A model generated the notes under the pieces. The model had not been told where the DNA came from. It ran no database searches and worked only from the letters and a program-made list of their open reading frames with translations. Position numbers and translations under genes: made by a program. Positions 32,650 through 40,447 of a stretch of 64,000 nt of DNA are shown here, in pieces. The stretch comes from Candidatus Saccharimonadia bacterium (GTDB lineage: Bacteria; Patescibacteriota; Saccharimonadia; UBA4664; JBIOIQ01), in contig JBIOIQ010000003.1 of the NCBI GenBank assembly GCA_044449985.1, positions 10,901 through 74,900 on the forward strand. Direction: 5' to 3'. Position 1 is the stretch's first letter, and each line of letters opens with the position of its first letter.

Positions 32650-33363
32650 TCAGGGTTTAAGGCCGATGGCTGCGATCATGCGTCCGGAAGCTTCATGATC
32701 TCGACGGAAACTACGTAACTCCAGATCGTGGATGGTACAGCGCTGGTCTATCTCAATCTGATCAATTGGCACACCGGTTGCTTTGAGCTGATCGATAATT
32801 TGCGCCTGATTGTTAAAAAACCATTTTGTTCCTCGCTTCTCAAAATATTTTAGATCAAAGTTACCCTGAAAGTTTTCGCTAACCTCATAGCAACAAACCT
32901 GAGCCATTGGACTGATGTAGCCGATCAGGTTGCCTGGCGAAACTTGATGGGCGGTTTTTAGCTTGTTAATTGTGACGCCGACAATGTTGGCTTTTGAGCC
33001 TCGCCAACCTGAATGAAGCGCCCCCACATAGCTAGTTTTCGGGTCAAATAGCAAAACTGCCGCACAGTCGGCAATTGCTACCCCTAACAGTATCCCGGGG
33101 GTGTTTGTAATTAATCCGTCTGTATCGGTGAGATCATTCTCAGTAGGATAATCACAAACTTGGTTGCCATGGTGTTGGTGGGGGACTATCAGGTTATCTT
33201 CGTCAAATCCTAAGAAACCGGCTAATTTTGCCCTTCTGGCGAGCGCGTCCAGGTTTCTGGGCTCTCCTACCCGAAAGTCCCCGTAGTCCTTCAGGGTCAG
33301 AATCGCGCAGACATCTGGGTAGGGTAAAAATACGTCCGGCACAAACAGATTAGCGGGTAACAT
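32650..33363 (-). CDS. pgeF: PgeF/YfiH (DUF152, laccase-domain) peptidoglycan editing factor / purine nucleoside phosphorylase-like
   Basis: 237-aa ORF with motifs GVAIADCAAVLLFDP, LHSGWRGS and CTIHD. Confidence 0.85.
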   Translation of the reverse strand: MLPANLFVPDVFLPYPDVCAILTLKDYGDFRVGEPRNLDALARRAKLAGFLGFDEDNLIVPHQHHGNQVCDYPTENDLTDTDGLITNTPGILLGVAIADCAAVLLFDPKTSYVGALHSGWRGSKANIVGVTINKLKTAHQVSPGNLIGYISPMAQVCCYEVSENFQGNFDLKYFEKRGTKWFFNNQAQIIDQLKATGVPIDQIEIDQRCTIHDLELRSFRRDHEASGRMIAAIGLKP

Positions 33364-34294
33364 TATTTTCCGCCATATAGTTGGTGTACCAGCTATAGTT
33401 ATGTCCTAAAAACTTTGCGATCAGCTCGATACCAAGTTCGGCGGTTTTATGGTTATCGTCTTGAAGAGGATTATATTCAACCACATCCACGCCGATGACC
33501 GGACAATGCTGGCCAATATATTCGGCAATGGCAGTAACCTCTCGGTAGGATAACCCCGCCATACTGGGCATGCCGGCGCCCGGCGCATAAGTGCTGTCGA
33601 TGCTATCAAGATCAAGACTTACCCATAACGCGTCAACTGACTTCGCGAGCAAATCAATTTTTTGAATTAAAGGTGCCAGCCCGCTTGCCAGCAAATCAAA
33701 CAGCGTATAGCTGGGTATATCAAGTTGTTGCATGAGCAGAAGCTCAGCTGGATCAAAATCATTTCCCCCGATATGGAGTAAATTCTTTGGCTTGAGTTTT
33801 GCCCCTGGGTCCCCGATATCAACGAGTTGTCGGTTACCGTGTCCCAATAGAGCTGCCAGATGCATGCCATGAATATTGCCCGTTAAACTCGTTTCAAAGG
33901 TATTAAGGTCGCCGTGAGCGTCAAAATAGATCATTCCTAAGTTAGGATGAGCTATTTCCGCTCCAGAAAATAATCCCAAGGTAATCGAGTGATCACCGCC
34001 TAAAGCAACGATGCGGTTACCAGAACGAATTTCGGTAGCACAAAACTTAGCGGTTTCTTCTGAAACGCGGACTATTTCACTCAAATAACGTTGCTGTTTG
34101 TCGCCGGGGTTTAAATTCTCTCGAGCGGCGCAAACGATATTCCCGTGATCGCGCAGATCTATGCCACTGTTTGATAACTTTGAAATTATTTCTCGGTACC
34201 TGAAAGCTTCGGGGCCGATGTCGACACCCAAGTTCTTCGCCCCCAAATCGAGTGGAACCCCAACGAGAGCAACCGGAGCTTGCAAAAGGTTCAT
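33350..34294 (-). CDS. Arginase-family ureohydrolase (arginase most likely)
   Basis: 314-aa ORF with Mn-binding motifs GGDHSITLG, DAHGDLN and SLDLDSIDSTYAPGAGMPSMAGLSYRE. It overlaps pgeF by 14 nt. Confidence 0.8.
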   Translation of the reverse strand: MNLLQAPVALVGVPLDLGAKNLGVDIGPEAFRYREIISKLSNSGIDLRDHGNIVCAARENLNPGDKQQRYLSEIVRVSEETAKFCATEIRSGNRIVALGGDHSITLGLFSGAEIAHPNLGMIYFDAHGDLNTFETSLTGNIHGMHLAALLGHGNRQLVDIGDPGAKLKPKNLLHIGGNDFDPAELLLMQQLDIPSYTLFDLLASGLAPLIQKIDLLAKSVDALWVSLDLDSIDSTYAPGAGMPSMAGLSYREVTAIAEYIGQHCPVIGVDVVEYNPLQDDNHKTAELGIELIAKFLGHNYSWYTNYMAENNVTR

Positions 34295-34896
34295 GGAATT
34301 ATTATAGCGGAGGAGCTAGGCTTCTCGCTTGGTTTTGCACAAAAGACTAAAAAAGCGGTGGTATTAAATTTCAGATCTTGAATGTGAGGCTCTAAGATGT
34401 CGAGATCATACAGTTTTGCTGCTCCAGCCGAAGCAATGACTGCAGTGTCGTCACTAAGCTTGCCTGCTCGAAGATCTCTCGCGGCCAGAGCCGTATCGGC
34501 ATACTCACCGATGGCGGTGTCAGTCCAATGCCGTTTAAGATAATGACGACATTGGGCCAGTGCCTGAGGGTGAGAAACAACTTGGGTAATATTTTTTAGC
34601 GTTTGACCCGGTATTGCCAGTAAGTTCTGTTGAACGTCGACTTGGATAATATCAATTATCTCGAAGGTGAAATCCGCCATGGCATAGAGCGTTTCGTAAA
34701 CCATTCCCCCCACTGAATTTTCGATAGGGACAACACCGTAAAGAGACTTACCATTAATTACTTGTTTGAAAGTATCAAGTGCAGTTGTGCAGTAGATTGG
34801 GTTATACGCAATCTTTGCTTGCTCGAGGTACTTCTTTGCTGCTTCCTCAGAGAAACTACCGGCAATTCCGGAAATAGCAATAGTAGGGGTGCTCAT
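34291..34896 (-). CDS. pheA: Prephenate dehydratase (PDT) domain protein lacking an ACT domain
   Basis: 201-aa ORF with PDT pattern IAISGIAGSFSEEAA...YGVVPIENSVGGMV...VVSHPQALAQCRHYL...AVIASAGAAKLYDLDIL...NTTAFLVF. It has a 4-nt overlap with the arginase gene. Confidence 0.75.
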   Translation of the reverse strand: MSTPTIAISGIAGSFSEEAAKKYLEQAKIAYNPIYCTTALDTFKQVINGKSLYGVVPIENSVGGMVYETLYAMADFTFEIIDIIQVDVQQNLLAIPGQTLKNITQVVSHPQALAQCRHYLKRHWTDTAIGEYADTALAARDLRAGKLSDDTAVIASAGAAKLYDLDILEPHIQDLKFNTTAFLVFCAKPSEKPSSSAIIIP

Positions 34897-34942
34897 GGGT
34901 ATTTATCTTAGCAAATGACAATCACCGGGTAAATGGTAGTAT

Positions 34943-35671
34943 GTGCTTATGAAACTTGACCCGACATTTAAGCCTAGAAGTGTCTTATGTGTGGCAGCAC
35001 ACCCGGATGATCTGGAATTTAGTGTGGCTGGCAGTGTAGCTTGTTGGTGCAGCGAGGGGGCCGAAGTAAACTACCTGATTTGTACCAATGGCGCCAACGG
35101 CTCAACTGACCGTACCCTAAGTCAACAAAAATTAGTTGAAACTAGGCAAAACGAGCAGCGCATGGCCGCCAAAATTCTTGGAGTAAAAGAGGTGGTTTTC
35201 TTTGATTACGAAGACGGTTCGGTCGAAGTCACCATGAAGCTCAAAAAAGATATCACTCGAGAAATTCGCCGGTTTAACCCGGATGTGGTGTTTTGTATGG
35301 ACCCAACTCTTTTGTATATACCTGATCGCTGGTTTATAAATCATCCCGATCATCGGGCGGTTGGACAGGCGACCGTCGATGCGGTTTATCCGATGGCGCG
35401 CGATCACCTAATGTTTCCCGAATTACTCGATTTGGGGTATGAACCTCATAAAGTGAGAACTCTACTGCTCAGTAACTTCGAAAAAAGTAATTTTGCCATT
35501 GATATAACTTCCGAGTTTCCAACCAAAATTAAAGCTTTGGCAGCGCATGAGAGTCAGATCCCAGATCTATTGGCGACTGAACAAATGCTTAAGGCTTGGG
35601 CAAAAGATGCCGGTAAGCTCGTGGGCGTAAAGTATGCCGAGGCCTTCGTACGGGTTGATCTTCCCGGTTAG
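34943..35671 (+). CDS. PIG-L/LmbE-family N-acetylglucosaminyl deacetylase
   Basis: 242-aa ORF with motifs AAHPDDLEF and HPDHRA. The start is GTG 34943 or ATG 34949. Confidence 0.8.
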   Translation: MLMKLDPTFKPRSVLCVAAHPDDLEFSVAGSVACWCSEGAEVNYLICTNGANGSTDRTLSQQKLVETRQNEQRMAAKILGVKEVVFFDYEDGSVEVTMKLKKDITREIRRFNPDVVFCMDPTLLYIPDRWFINHPDHRAVGQATVDAVYPMARDHLMFPELLDLGYEPHKVRTLLLSNFEKSNFAIDITSEFPTKIKALAAHESQIPDLLATEQMLKAWAKDAGKLVGVKYAEAFVRVDLPG

Positions 35672-35728
35672 AGGGGCAGTCGAAAAAGGTTTGGATCCGA
35701 GACATTTTATCCGCTAGACTAGGTAAGT

Positions 35729-37072
35729 ATGAATTTTATAGAAACAGTCTTTAAAGCCTACGATATCCGTGGGCTCGTTGGCAGCGAACTTACGAATGAT
35801 TTAGCTCTCGCTGTTGGCCGAGGTTTCGCGGATTTTTTGCCAGATGAGGGTCCAGTGGCAGTCGGATACGATATGCGCCCTGATTCGAAAGCGTTAGCCG
35901 AACAGCTCAGAAAGGGCATCGTTGCTCAAGGTCGAGATGTTATTGATATCGGTGAAGTTTCCTCGGATATGATCTATTTCGCGACGGGATTTCTGGAAGC
36001 GGCCGGAGGAGCGATGGTCACTGCGAGTCATAATCCCGGGCAATATAACGGCATGAAATTATGCGGGCGATTAGCGTCCGGAATCAGTATTGATACCGGG
36101 TTAGGGCAGATTCGCGACACGATCAAGAGCGAAACTTTTAAAAAGAACGTGAGCGTTGGGACGATAACCAAGCAAGACATCACTGAAGACTGGGTGGATC
36201 ATGCTCTCTCCTTCGTCAATGCCAAAGCCTGGAAACCGTTTCGAATAGCAGTTGACGCCGGCGATGGTATGGCCGGCAAGATTTTTCCTCGTATCGAGTC
36301 AAAAATACCACTCTCGGTTTACGGCATGTACTTTAAACTAGACGGGACATTTCCTAATCATCCGGCAAATCCCATGTTGCCGGCCAATGTTGCTGCTGAA
36401 TCCGCCGAAATTGTCCGAAATAAGTTCGATTTTGGAATCGCCTTTGATGGTGATGGAGACCGCGCTTTTTTACTCGATGAAAACGGTCAAGAGATTAGCG
36501 CCAGTATTCTAGGTGCTATCTTAGTCGAGCATTTTCTAAAAGAGAATCCGGGAGCGACCATTTTATATAACGCGGTTTGTAGTCATATCCTGCCCGATAC
36601 TATCAAATTACTCGGAGGTGTGCCGCAGCGAACCAAAGTCGGCCATAGCTATATCAAGCCGGATATGCGGAAATACTCGGCTCCTTTTGCCGCCGAAGCT
36701 TCGGGTCATTTTTACTTTCGAGATAATTTTAATGCTGATTCAGGCCTAATTGCGGCGCTCGTTGCAATTGAAGTCTTAAATAACTCCGGACTGCCGTTAT
36801 CCCAGCTGGCCGCAAAATATCATAAATACTCTAACTCCGGGGAAATTAACTTAACCGTGACCGATAAAACCGAGGTCCTTGAGAAAGTTACTCAAGCATT
36901 TCCGGATGGTGAGCAGGATAATCTGGACGGACTTACAATTAGTTACCCGAATTGGTGGTTTAATATCCGCGGCAGTAATACCGAACCGTTGCTTCGTCTC
37001 AACATCGAAGCTGACCGAGACGCAGTATTAGCTGAAAAACAAGCCCAACTGCTGGCTTTAATTAAGGGTTGA
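35729..37072 (+). CDS. Phosphomannomutase/phosphoglucomutase
   Basis: 447-aa ORF with active-site loop TASHNPGQYNGMK, metal loop FDGDGDR and the sugar-binding region GHSYIK. Confidence 0.9.
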   Translation: MNFIETVFKAYDIRGLVGSELTNDLALAVGRGFADFLPDEGPVAVGYDMRPDSKALAEQLRKGIVAQGRDVIDIGEVSSDMIYFATGFLEAAGGAMVTASHNPGQYNGMKLCGRLASGISIDTGLGQIRDTIKSETFKKNVSVGTITKQDITEDWVDHALSFVNAKAWKPFRIAVDAGDGMAGKIFPRIESKIPLSVYGMYFKLDGTFPNHPANPMLPANVAAESAEIVRNKFDFGIAFDGDGDRAFLLDENGQEISASILGAILVEHFLKENPGATILYNAVCSHILPDTIKLLGGVPQRTKVGHSYIKPDMRKYSAPFAAEASGHFYFRDNFNADSGLIAALVAIEVLNNSGLPLSQLAAKYHKYSNSGEINLTVTDKTEVLEKVTQAFPDGEQDNLDGLTISYPNWWFNIRGSNTEPLLRLNIEADRDAVLAEKQAQLLALIKG

Positions 37073-37470
37073 TCGAACTTCTGATTTCGCTTAATCTGAT
37101 TGCACGCGAATGCACCTTTTTTTCTAAACTCTTTTTAGAAAGGAGTAGTGAAACCGTGGCGAAGATTAGCTACGCACTGCTTGCCAGGCTAGCGAGTAAA
37201 ACCGGGGATGATCCCGATCTCACGAAGCTCTCGAGGGCCGATGATGCGGACGAGATAGAGGAAATTATGGTCAGCGACCCCGAATTTCATGCCCTACTCG
37301 TGCGTACGTTCAAAATTGCCAGACGTAGCGTTACCCGGTCCCATCCGCTCGATTATCAAGATATGGGTAATCTTGATATCAATCTCGTCCGAGGACTAAG
37401 AATCGTGGAAGTTGCCGTGGCCTTAGCCGGTGCCATGTGGTTATCCCACCGCTTCCATTCGAGCGAATAA
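37069..37470 (+). CDS. Hypothetical protein (start uncertain; GTG 37156 behind an AAGGAG is an alternative)
   Basis: 133-aa track ORF with a TTG start overlapping the PMM stop. I recognised no family. A terminator follows. Confidence 0.4.
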   Translation: MIELLISLNLIARECTFFSKLFLERSSETVAKISYALLARLASKTGDDPDLTKLSRADDADEIEEIMVSDPEFHALLVRTFKIARRSVTRSHPLDYQDMGNLDINLVRGLRIVEVAVALAGAMWLSHRFHSSE

Positions 37471-37471
37471 C

Positions 37472-37510
37472 GAGGGGTGGAGCATTTGTTCCGCCCCTCA
37501 CAGTTTTTTC
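37472..37510 (+). terminator. Rho-independent terminator
   Basis: GAGGGGTGGA-(8 nt)-TCCGCCCCTC followed by ACAGTTTTTT. Confidence 0.7.
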
Positions 37511-37521
37511 ACCCTCAGCGC

Positions 37522-37550
37522 TTGACAGTTGGGGAGTAGATAATTAGGAT
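37522..37550 (+). promoter_or_regulatory. Candidate sigma70 promoter of groES-groEL
   Basis: TTGACA (37522-37527), a 17-nt spacer, then TAGGAT (37545-37550), immediately upstream of CIRCE. Confidence 0.55.
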
Positions 37551-37558
37551 TATGGTAG

Positions 37559-37585
37559 TTAGCACTCGCCACATGGGAGTGCTAA
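37559..37585 (+). promoter_or_regulatory. CIRCE operator (HrcA binding site)
   Basis: TTAGCACTC-GCCACATGG-GAGTGCTAA is a perfect match to the TTAGCACTC-N9-GAGTGCTAA consensus. It lies 92 nt upstream of groES. Confidence 0.9.
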
Positions 37586-37676
37586 ATCATAGCTGAAAAG
37601 CATAAGAAAATTAAATATTTTAATGATCTTACCGTGACGTGTTGCGTCACAAGAGCTCAAACACAGAGGAGGTTCG

Positions 37677-37940
37677 ATGAAATTACAGCCATTAGCTGAT
37701 CGAGTGGTAGCAAAACCAATTGAAGCAGAGACGAAAACAGCATCGGGGTTTTATTTAACTGAAACTGCCAAGGAGAAACCGCAAATTGGTGAAGTTTTAG
37801 CGGTTGGTAAAGACGTCAAAGAGGTGAGTGTCGGCGATAAGATCGTCTATACCAAATATGGTCCCAATGAAATTAAAGTGGATAACCAGGATATGCTACT
37901 TTTGAAGGAAGAAGATATCCTAGCTGTTGTCAAAGACTAA
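37677..37940 (+). CDS. groS: Co-chaperonin GroES
   Basis: 87-aa ORF, MKLQPLADRVVAKPIEAETKTASGFYL..., with a GAGGAGG SD. Confidence 0.95.
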   Translation: MKLQPLADRVVAKPIEAETKTASGFYLTETAKEKPQIGEVLAVGKDVKEVSVGDKIVYTKYGPNEIKVDNQDMLLLKEEDILAVVKD

Positions 37941-37949
37941 GGAGATAGT

Positions 37950-39614
37950 ATGGCAAAAAAGATTTTCTATGACGATGAAGCTAGAGCGCGAGTTTTAGCC
38001 GGTGCGAAAGAACTTTATGACGCGGTCAAGGTCACGATGGGGCCGAAAGGTCGCAATGTGGTAATTAGTAAAAGTTATGGTGGACCCACGGTCACTCATG
38101 ATGGCGTAACGGTTGCGAAAGCGATTGAAATTGACGAGAATCGCAAAGAAGAATCAACCCTCGGAAAAGGGGTTGGCGCCGAACTGGTCAAACAAGCGGC
38201 CAGCAAAACCAATGATACCGTCGGTGATGGCACTACCACTGCCACCATCCTGACTTACCTGATCTTAAAAGAAGCCAATCGCTTAATCGCGGCCGGTCAT
38301 AATCCGATGGATCTGCGTAAAGGCCTTGATTCGGCTGCCGAAGAAGTACTGGGCAAAGTCGACGGAATGGCCGAAAAGATCTCTGGTAACAAGGAGAAAA
38401 CTGCTCAGGTAGCGACGGTCTCAGCTGGGGATCCGGAAATTGGCAAGTTGATAGCGGACGTGATTGAAGCTGTCGGCGAAGAGGGCTCAGTAACGGTCGA
38501 GCAATCTCAAACATTAGGCCTAGAAAAAGAAATCGTTGAAGGTTTTAAGCTTGATCGCGGCTACGTCAGCACCTATATGGTGACGGATACTGCTCGCATG
38601 GAAGCTTCTTACGAGAAGCCGCTGATCATGATTACCGATAAGAAAATCAGCTCAATCCAAGATATTTTGCCCTTACTTGAGAAAATTGCTCAGAGTGGCA
38701 AGAAAGAGTTGGTCATGATTGCTGAAGACGTTGAAGGTGATGCTCTTGCAAATCTGGTCCTAAATCGTTTGAAAGGGGTCTTTAATACCCTGGCGATTAA
38801 AGCTCCCAGCTTCGGCGATCGCCGCAAAGCAATACTCGAAGACATTGCAGTCTTAACCGGTGCCAGTGTTATTTCGGACGAGCAAGGAATTACCTTTGAA
38901 AACGCCGGCCTTGAAGTTCTAGGCAGCGCTCGCAAAGTAATTGCCGATAAAGACAATACCACCATTATTGAGGGTTATGGGGACGAGGGGGAAGTCAAGG
39001 GTCGAGTCGCTCAATTAAAAGCTCAAATTGAGAATGCAACGAGTGAGTTTGAGAAAGAAAAGCTGGAAGAGCGACTGGCTGCTTTATCGGGAAAAGTTGC
39101 GGTTATTAAAGTCGGTGGAGCAACTGAAACCGAAATCGAAGAGAAGAAATTCCGAGTCGATGACGCGGTTGCTGCGACCAAGGCGGCCGTGGCTGAAGGG
39201 ATTGTGCCGGGAGGCGGAGTGACTTTAGTCGACTTGTCGAAAACCATCAACCTAGACGACGCTAAAGTTACAGATGCGATCGCTGCCGGAAGAATGATCT
39301 TAAAGGAAGCGCTACTACATCCGTTCCGCCAACTCATGCAAAATGCGGGGCTAAATCAGGAAGAAAAACTTTCGAAGGTGCTGGCAAGTAATGCACTTGG
39401 TATGGGTTTTGACGTCAACCACCCGCAAGATTTGATTAATCTCAAAACTGTCGGAATAGTTGATCCTGCCAAAGTTACCAGGGAAGCAATTGTCAACGCA
39501 GTTTCAATCGCTGGAACGGCTATGACGATGGGAGCATTAGTAGTCGATATTCCGGAGGATAAAGCGCCGGCCATGCCGGGTGGTATGGGCGGTGGAATGG
39601 GAATGGACTACTAA
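37950..39614 (+). CDS. groL: Chaperonin GroEL
   Basis: 554-aa ORF with AAVEEGIVPGGG-type motif (AAVAEGIVPGGG), GDGTTTATIL and a C-terminal GGMGGGMGMDY tail. Confidence 0.97.
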   Translation: MAKKIFYDDEARARVLAGAKELYDAVKVTMGPKGRNVVISKSYGGPTVTHDGVTVAKAIEIDENRKEESTLGKGVGAELVKQAASKTNDTVGDGTTTATILTYLILKEANRLIAAGHNPMDLRKGLDSAAEEVLGKVDGMAEKISGNKEKTAQVATVSAGDPEIGKLIADVIEAVGEEGSVTVEQSQTLGLEKEIVEGFKLDRGYVSTYMVTDTARMEASYEKPLIMITDKKISSIQDILPLLEKIAQSGKKELVMIAEDVEGDALANLVLNRLKGVFNTLAIKAPSFGDRRKAILEDIAVLTGASVISDEQGITFENAGLEVLGSARKVIADKDNTTIIEGYGDEGEVKGRVAQLKAQIENATSEFEKEKLEERLAALSGKVAVIKVGGATETEIEEKKFRVDDAVAATKAAVAEGIVPGGGVTLVDLSKTINLDDAKVTDAIAAGRMILKEALLHPFRQLMQNAGLNQEEKLSKVLASNALGMGFDVNHPQDLINLKTVGIVDPAKVTREAIVNAVSIAGTAMTMGALVVDIPEDKAPAMPGGMGGGMGMDY

Positions 39615-39651
39615 GTTAAATACAAGTAAAGACTCACAAGTTAGAAGGTAC

Positions 39652-39680
39652 AAAAAAGAGACAATAAGTGTCTCTTTTTT
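39652..39680 (+). terminator. Rho-independent terminator of groESL
   Basis: AAAAAAGAGACA-ATAAG-TGTCTCTTTTTT. Confidence 0.8.
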
Positions 39681-39704
39681 GGGTATTGAATAATTGCATC
39701 TGCA

Positions 39705-39739
39705 GGCAGGGTGGACACCAAGTTGGCGTCCACCCTGCC
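39705..39739 (-). terminator. 12-bp GC-rich hairpin downstream of the 39748..40080 gene (terminator-like, no U run)
   Basis: GGCAGGGTGGAC-(11 nt)-GTCCACCCTGCC. Confidence 0.4.
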
Positions 39740-39747
39740 AGAAGGAT

Positions 39748-40080
39748 TTAGAGGAACGGGAATCCGTCCGCAGGAGGGAACCAGCGCTCGCGTTTTGGCA
39801 GTTGAATTTCACCGTAGGGGGCCTCGGCGGCTTGGTAGCAGTTCAAATGCCAACATTCGTGCCGAACAAACTCGCGCCGCTGGGGCTCAATACCCGGGGG
39901 CAAGACGTTGGTCCAGATCGTGACGAAGACGTAGTGTACGGTTTGACCATTCTTGCCGGTGATCGTTGCCGGGTCGTATCCGCAGTGGGAAGATGCGCAG
40001 ATTTCGGGTGTCGCCGGCTCACCTTCGAGCTCTTTTACCTCCAGATCGGCCATGAGCTTTTGCGGAAGAGATGTGTTCAT
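39748..40080 (-). CDS. Small HExxH-motif protein (putative minimal zinc metallopeptidase-like), hypothetical
   Basis: I trimmed to ATG 40080, which is preceded by a GAGGAG SD. The 110-aa sequence is MNTSLPQKLMADLEVKELEGEPATPEICASSHCGYDP...EFVRHECWHLNCYQAAEAPYGEIQL, containing HECWH. The DNA is G+C-rich: I counted 36/60 at 39841-39900 and 38/60 at 39961-40020. Confidence 0.5.
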   Translation of the reverse strand: MNTSLPQKLMADLEVKELEGEPATPEICASSHCGYDPATITGKNGQTVHYVFVTIWTNVLPPGIEPQRREFVRHECWHLNCYQAAEAPYGEIQLPKRERWFPPADGFPFL

Positions 40081-40348
40081 TGCTCCTCTTTTCGTAAGTC
40101 GGCGGGGCTTCTTCGGATATTTCACCGTGGGGATTACCGGCACCTTCGTAACATTCCGGGTGGTAATTCAAAACTGCTTGCCAAACTCCCTTTTTGTAGA
40201 GGTTGACGATTATGCGGCGCGGATGCTGTCTGGCGATGAACTTGACTGGCTCACCACAGGCTTCGCAGTCCGCGTAATTCCCGGCGTCTATCTGATGCGA
40301 GACTACCCGAGTTTTTCTTGCGTGCGTACGCGTTGTTGTCACCACCAT
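40019..40348 (-). CDS. Small zinc-ribbon-like protein (CxxC...HxxC), hypothetical
   Basis: 109-aa ORF, ...DAGNYADCEACGEPVKFIARQHPRRIIVNLYKKGVWQAVLNYHPECYEG... Its 3' end overlaps the next gene by 62 nt in another frame. Confidence 0.45.
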   Translation of the reverse strand: MVVTTTRTHARKTRVVSHQIDAGNYADCEACGEPVKFIARQHPRRIIVNLYKKGVWQAVLNYHPECYEGAGNPHGEISEEAPPTYEKRSNEHISSAKAHGRSGGKRARR

Positions 40349-40447
40349 AATCCCTTCTCGAGGTGGGCGTGACGCCTAATATAAGCGTTTTTTTGCAACC
40401 TGTAAAGGGCTAAAGTATGGCATAATTGGGACAAAAGGAGGCTGCAA

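Noticed and set aside
39748-40348. Treating the zinc-ribbon and HExxH ORFs as a single gene with a programmed or erroneous frameshift.
   Set aside because: A good GAGGAG SD sits 5 nt before ATG 40080, which favours two genes. Both frames are open across 40019-40143, so a fusion cannot be excluded. I mention it in the finding rather than calling a pseudogene.
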